Source: Syntrophomonadaceae bacterium (GTDB lineage: Bacteria > Bacillota > Dethiobacteria > DTU022). Taken from it: 51,035 bases of DNA. The notes below the pieces were generated by a model, which saw nothing but the letters and a program-made list of their open reading frames with translations, was not told where the DNA came from and did not search any database. Made by a program: the position numbers and the translations under genes. Shown piece by piece: positions 47,954-51,035 of the stretch. The stretch lies in assembly GCA_003554395.1 (NCBI GenBank), contig PWGD01000110.1, positions 1 through 51,035 on the forward strand. The letters run 5' to 3'. The stretch's first letter is position 1. Each line of letters opens with the position of its first letter.

Positions 47954-48003
47954 TTAACCCGGATTTAACATTGATTTTACACAGGCTTCCTTTGTTTTTA
48001 ACC
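47954..48003 (+). promoter_or_regulatory. Pho-box array upstream of pstS
   Basis: TTAACC (47954), TTAACA (47965), TTTACA (47976), degenerate (47987), TTAACC (47998): exact 11-bp period, matching the Bacillota PhoP TT(A/T/C)ACA repeat. Confidence 0.78.
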
Positions 48004-48062
48004 TTGACAGGTTACGCTGTAAATAACCTGATTAAGGTTAAATTATTTTTAGGAGGATTAGA

Positions 48063-49025
48063 ATGACTGACAGACGGTGGTTAACTGTTTTAGGTGTTAT
48101 TTTGCTGGCAGCAGTGATGATTGCAGGATGCGGAGGGCTGGCTGAAGAGCAGACCGATGAGCCGGTTGAAGAAGCGGAAGAATCAGAAAATAACAGTGGT
48201 GAAATAGCTGCCCAGGAAGCAGCTTCATTAATGCTCGGCGGTTCTGATTCCGAAGTTAATGTGGTAGCAAGGTTGGCGGAAGAATATATGAACGAAAATC
48301 CGCACGTTTCTATTGCTGTTACAGGTGGAGGTTCCGGGGTCGGCATATCTTCCCTGATTGACGGAGATATTGATGTGGCTAATTCGTCCCGTCCGATGAG
48401 GGATACAGAAGAAGATGCTCTTAGGGACAATCATGGTCAAGAGCCTTATGCTGTCCGTTTTGCCGTTGACGGTGTCGCAGTCCTCGTGAATGATGCCAAT
48501 CCGGTTAAAGCTTTGACTGTTGAGCAGGTCGGTGCGATTTACCGGGGTGAAATAACCAACTGGTCCGAGGTTGGGGGAGATGACCTGGAAATTACTCTTT
48601 ACGGCCGCCAGAGCACTTCCGGTACTTATGTTTTCTTCATGGAACTGGTTGTGCAGGGCGAATATTCAGAAAGAAAACGTAATATGGCTGGAACTTCAGA
48701 CATTGTTGAAGCTGTGATCGGCGATGGGGGTGGCATTGGTTATGCCGCTATCGGTTATGCTAACGAGGATGGCGTCAAGGCGCTGGATATTGCAGCCGAT
48801 GAAGGTTCTGAAGCTTACGATCCGACTGTTTTAGAAAATGTTACCAGCGGCGACTACCCGCTGACCCGCCCGCTGTACCAGTACATGGCCGGTAAACCAG
48901 AAGGGGCCCTGCTTGATTACCTGCTTTTTGAAGTTAGCGAGGCCGGGCAGAATATAGTACTTGATGAAGGGTTTTATCCGATCACAGAAGCAGACCGTGA
49001 ATTTAATAAAAATGCTCTGCAGTAA
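48063..49025 (+). CDS. pstS: Phosphate ABC transporter binding lipoprotein
   Basis: Lipobox IAGC, GSDSE, GGGSGVGI, ANSSR, DG..V.VN, GRQSTSGT, YPLTRPLY. Confidence 0.95.
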   Translation: MTDRRWLTVLGVILLAAVMIAGCGGLAEEQTDEPVEEAEESENNSGEIAAQEAASLMLGGSDSEVNVVARLAEEYMNENPHVSIAVTGGGSGVGISSLIDGDIDVANSSRPMRDTEEDALRDNHGQEPYAVRFAVDGVAVLVNDANPVKALTVEQVGAIYRGEITNWSEVGGDDLEITLYGRQSTSGTYVFFMELVVQGEYSERKRNMAGTSDIVEAVIGDGGGIGYAAIGYANEDGVKALDIAADEGSEAYDPTVLENVTSGDYPLTRPLYQYMAGKPEGALLDYLLFEVSEAGQNIVLDEGFYPITEADREFNKNALQ

Positions 49026-49054
49026 AGGGCAAGACTAAAATAAAAAGATCAAAA

Positions 49055-49089
49055 GCCCTGCGGCCTGCTTTAATTAAAGGCTGCAGGGC
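49055..49089 (+). other. Stem-loop between pstS and pstC, no U tract
   Basis: GCCCTGCGGCCT...AGGCTGCAGGGC (12 bp, one G-U pair). Confidence 0.55.
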
Positions 49090-49133
49090 GGCTTAAAAAG
49101 CAGCAGTAACTTGAGATAAAGGGTGGGATAGGC

Positions 49134-50012
49134 TTGGCTTCCATTACAGAGAAAACAATGAGGGTGATATTTGTTTTTTGCGGACTGGCGATTATTTTGT
49201 TCCTGGTCGGTATTCTTTACATTTTACTTTCCAACAGCTTGCCCGGTTTAATTGAGCTGGGCCTGAGGCCCTTTTTTGCTGCGGACAGGTGGAACCCCGG
49301 AGCTTACGGTGAACCGACTTACAGTCTTCTCAATATGATTTACGGTACCTTGATGGTTACAGTGGGTGCTTTGATCTTTGCAGTGCCCATTGGCGTTGCA
49401 GCGGCAGCCTACCTGGCCGAAATTGCATCACCCTGGGAAAGGGAGTTTTTTAAACCGATTGTGGAAGTGTTAGCCGGTGTGCCCTCAGTGGTCCTTGGTT
49501 TTTTTGGCCTGGTGGTGCTTGCTCCGCTGATTGCCAGGGCCTTTAACTTGAACAGCGGTCTGAACGCTTTTAATGGGGCCATCCTGGTCGGGATCATGGC
49601 AATGCCTACCATTATTACCCTGGCTGAAGATGCGATTACTGCGGTACCCAGGGAATACCGCCACGCTTCGCTGGCCCTGGGCGGAACCCGCTGGCAGACC
49701 ATTTGGAAAATAACTATACCCGCGGCCTTTTCCGGGATTACAGCTTCCGCCATGCTCGGTATGGGCAGGGCGATCGGCGAAACAATGACCGTCTTAATGG
49801 TAACCGGTAACATGGTGGCCCGTCCGGAGTCGTTCCTTGATTCGGTCAGGACTCTGAGTGCCGGCATCGCTATTGATATTGGAGATGTAGTTTTTAACTC
49901 TACTCATTTTCATGCTTTATTTGTAGCGGGTTTACTGCTATTCCTGATTACTTTCGCCGTTAATCTTTTAGCTGATATTTTAATCCAGCGTAAGCCGGAG
50001 GTAAATAAATGA
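49134..50012 (+). CDS. pstC: Phosphate ABC transporter permease
   Basis: E.LAGVPSVVLGFFGL, PTI..LAEDA..AVP....ASLALG.TRWQ, GRAIGETM.V.MV.GN. Confidence 0.95.
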   Translation: MASITEKTMRVIFVFCGLAIILFLVGILYILLSNSLPGLIELGLRPFFAADRWNPGAYGEPTYSLLNMIYGTLMVTVGALIFAVPIGVAAAAYLAEIASPWEREFFKPIVEVLAGVPSVVLGFFGLVVLAPLIARAFNLNSGLNAFNGAILVGIMAMPTIITLAEDAITAVPREYRHASLALGGTRWQTIWKITIPAAFSGITASAMLGMGRAIGETMTVLMVTGNMVARPESFLDSVRTLSAGIAIDIGDVVFNSTHFHALFVAGLLLFLITFAVNLLADILIQRKPEVNK

Positions 50013-50914
50013 AAACTGAAGTCCTTAAAAGGGGTATTGTGATTGAAAAGAAAAAATCTGAATGGCGCAGCTATGAACTGGTTGGTTTCTGGGCTCTTCG
50101 TTTAACCCTGGTCCTGGTCCTTTTCATCCTGGGTGTTATAGTCTTTGATATTGTGTCCAAGGGGGCGGGAGTAATAAACTGGGAATTTCTGACCCAACCA
50201 CCGAGGGTTGGAATGACTGAAGGTGGGATTTTCCCTGCTATTGTGGGTACGTTCTATGTAACCCTGATTACAATCACCTTTGCTGTACCTTTGGGAGTCG
50301 GGGCGGCAATTTATTTAAATGAATACGCAGTACAGGGTAAATTTACCCGCCTGGTTCGAATGTCTGTGCGCAACCTGGCCGGTGTGCCTTCAATTGTATT
50401 TGGCCTTTTCGGCATGGCTGTCTTTGTTAAGATATTCGGCTTTGGGCCTTCTTTGATTGCCGCCGGTTTTACACTGGGCCTTCTGACCCTGCCGGTTACG
50501 GTTACCGCCTCAGAAGAAGCGCTGAGAACAGTCCCGAGGGCGTACCGGGAAGGTTCATTTGCCCTGGGAGCATCCCGCTGGCAGGTAGTACGGACAGTGG
50601 TTCTGCCGCGGGCCATACCCGGAATCCTGACCGGCACTATCCTCGGCCTGGCCAGGGCGGCAGGGGAAACTGCTCCCATCCTGGCTACGGGAGCGGCCTT
50701 TTTCCTGCCCCAACTTCCCGACTCAATCAGGAGCCAGTTCATGGCGCTGCCCTATCACCTGTTTATAATGACCACCCAGCACCATGCTATTTCCCAGGTC
50801 CGCCCCATTGCCTATGGCACAGCGCTGGTCCTGCTAAGCTTAGTTTGCCTGCTTAACCTGGCCGCGGTGCTGCTGCGCAAGCGTTATCGCAACAGGGTTG
50901 CAAAAGGGCTTTAA
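50009..50914 (+). CDS. pstA: Phosphate ABC transporter permease
   Basis: GGIFPAI.GT, IYLNEYA, NLAGVPSIVFGLFG, EEALR.VP, ARAAGETAP; ATGA overlap with pstC. Confidence 0.95.
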   Translation: MKTEVLKRGIVIEKKKSEWRSYELVGFWALRLTLVLVLFILGVIVFDIVSKGAGVINWEFLTQPPRVGMTEGGIFPAIVGTFYVTLITITFAVPLGVGAAIYLNEYAVQGKFTRLVRMSVRNLAGVPSIVFGLFGMAVFVKIFGFGPSLIAAGFTLGLLTLPVTVTASEEALRTVPRAYREGSFALGASRWQVVRTVVLPRAIPGILTGTILGLARAAGETAPILATGAAFFLPQLPDSIRSQFMALPYHLFIMTTQHHAISQVRPIAYGTALVLLSLVCLLNLAAVLLRKRYRNRVAKGL

Positions 50915-50941
50915 TAGTATAATAAACTGTAAAGAGGTTTT

Positions 50942-51035
50942 ATGATGCAAACAGGAATTGATAGCACCAACCGCTTCACCAGGGCGGTTAAATCAAATCA
51001 AATGGAACACGACATTACAAAGTTTAATACGCAAA
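50942..51035 (+). CDS. pstB: Start of next gene, probably the phosphate ABC ATPase; truncated by the window edge
   Basis: Open frame MMQTGIDSTNRFTRAVKSNQMEHDITKFNTQ behind AGAGG. The call rests on operon position; no ATPase motif is visible yet. Confidence 0.5.
   Translation, partial: MMQTGIDSTNRFTRAVKSNQMEHDITKFNTQ

Overview
Chromosomal housekeeping region of an anaerobic Bacillota (clostridia-like) genome, collinear with the conserved oriC-proximal block: guaB-tmk-holB-ricT / abrB / metG-tatD / rsmA-veg / ispE / spoVG-glmU-prs-rplY-pth-mfd-yabM-yabN-hup-divIC-S1-tilS-hpt-ftsH. It continues with fhs, a convergent folate operon, coaX-patatin, PFOR and a phoPR-pstSCA(B) phosphate module. I found no rRNA, tRNA, CRISPR array, transposase, integrase or recognisable riboswitch, and no clearly new multi-gene system. 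The best leads are these. (1) GlmU is cleanly truncated just before its acetyltransferase active site. (2) Sigma-H-type promoters (AGGA-N17/18-GAAT) sit in front of metabolic genes (fhs, the folate operon, NAD salvage, HU, a hydrolase), while the sporulation genes normally in this block are missing. (3) Two adjacent conserved genes (S1 protein, tilS) appear to need non-canonical AUU/CUG starts. (4) An HD hydrolase occupies the missing FolQ step of the folate operon, which is headed by a degenerate CPBP membrane protein. (5) An orphan XRE-MmyB regulator is inserted before spoVG. All family calls are by eye from motifs and synteny; no searches were run. Several starts were re-called from Shine-Dalgarno (SD) position and differ from the ORF track.
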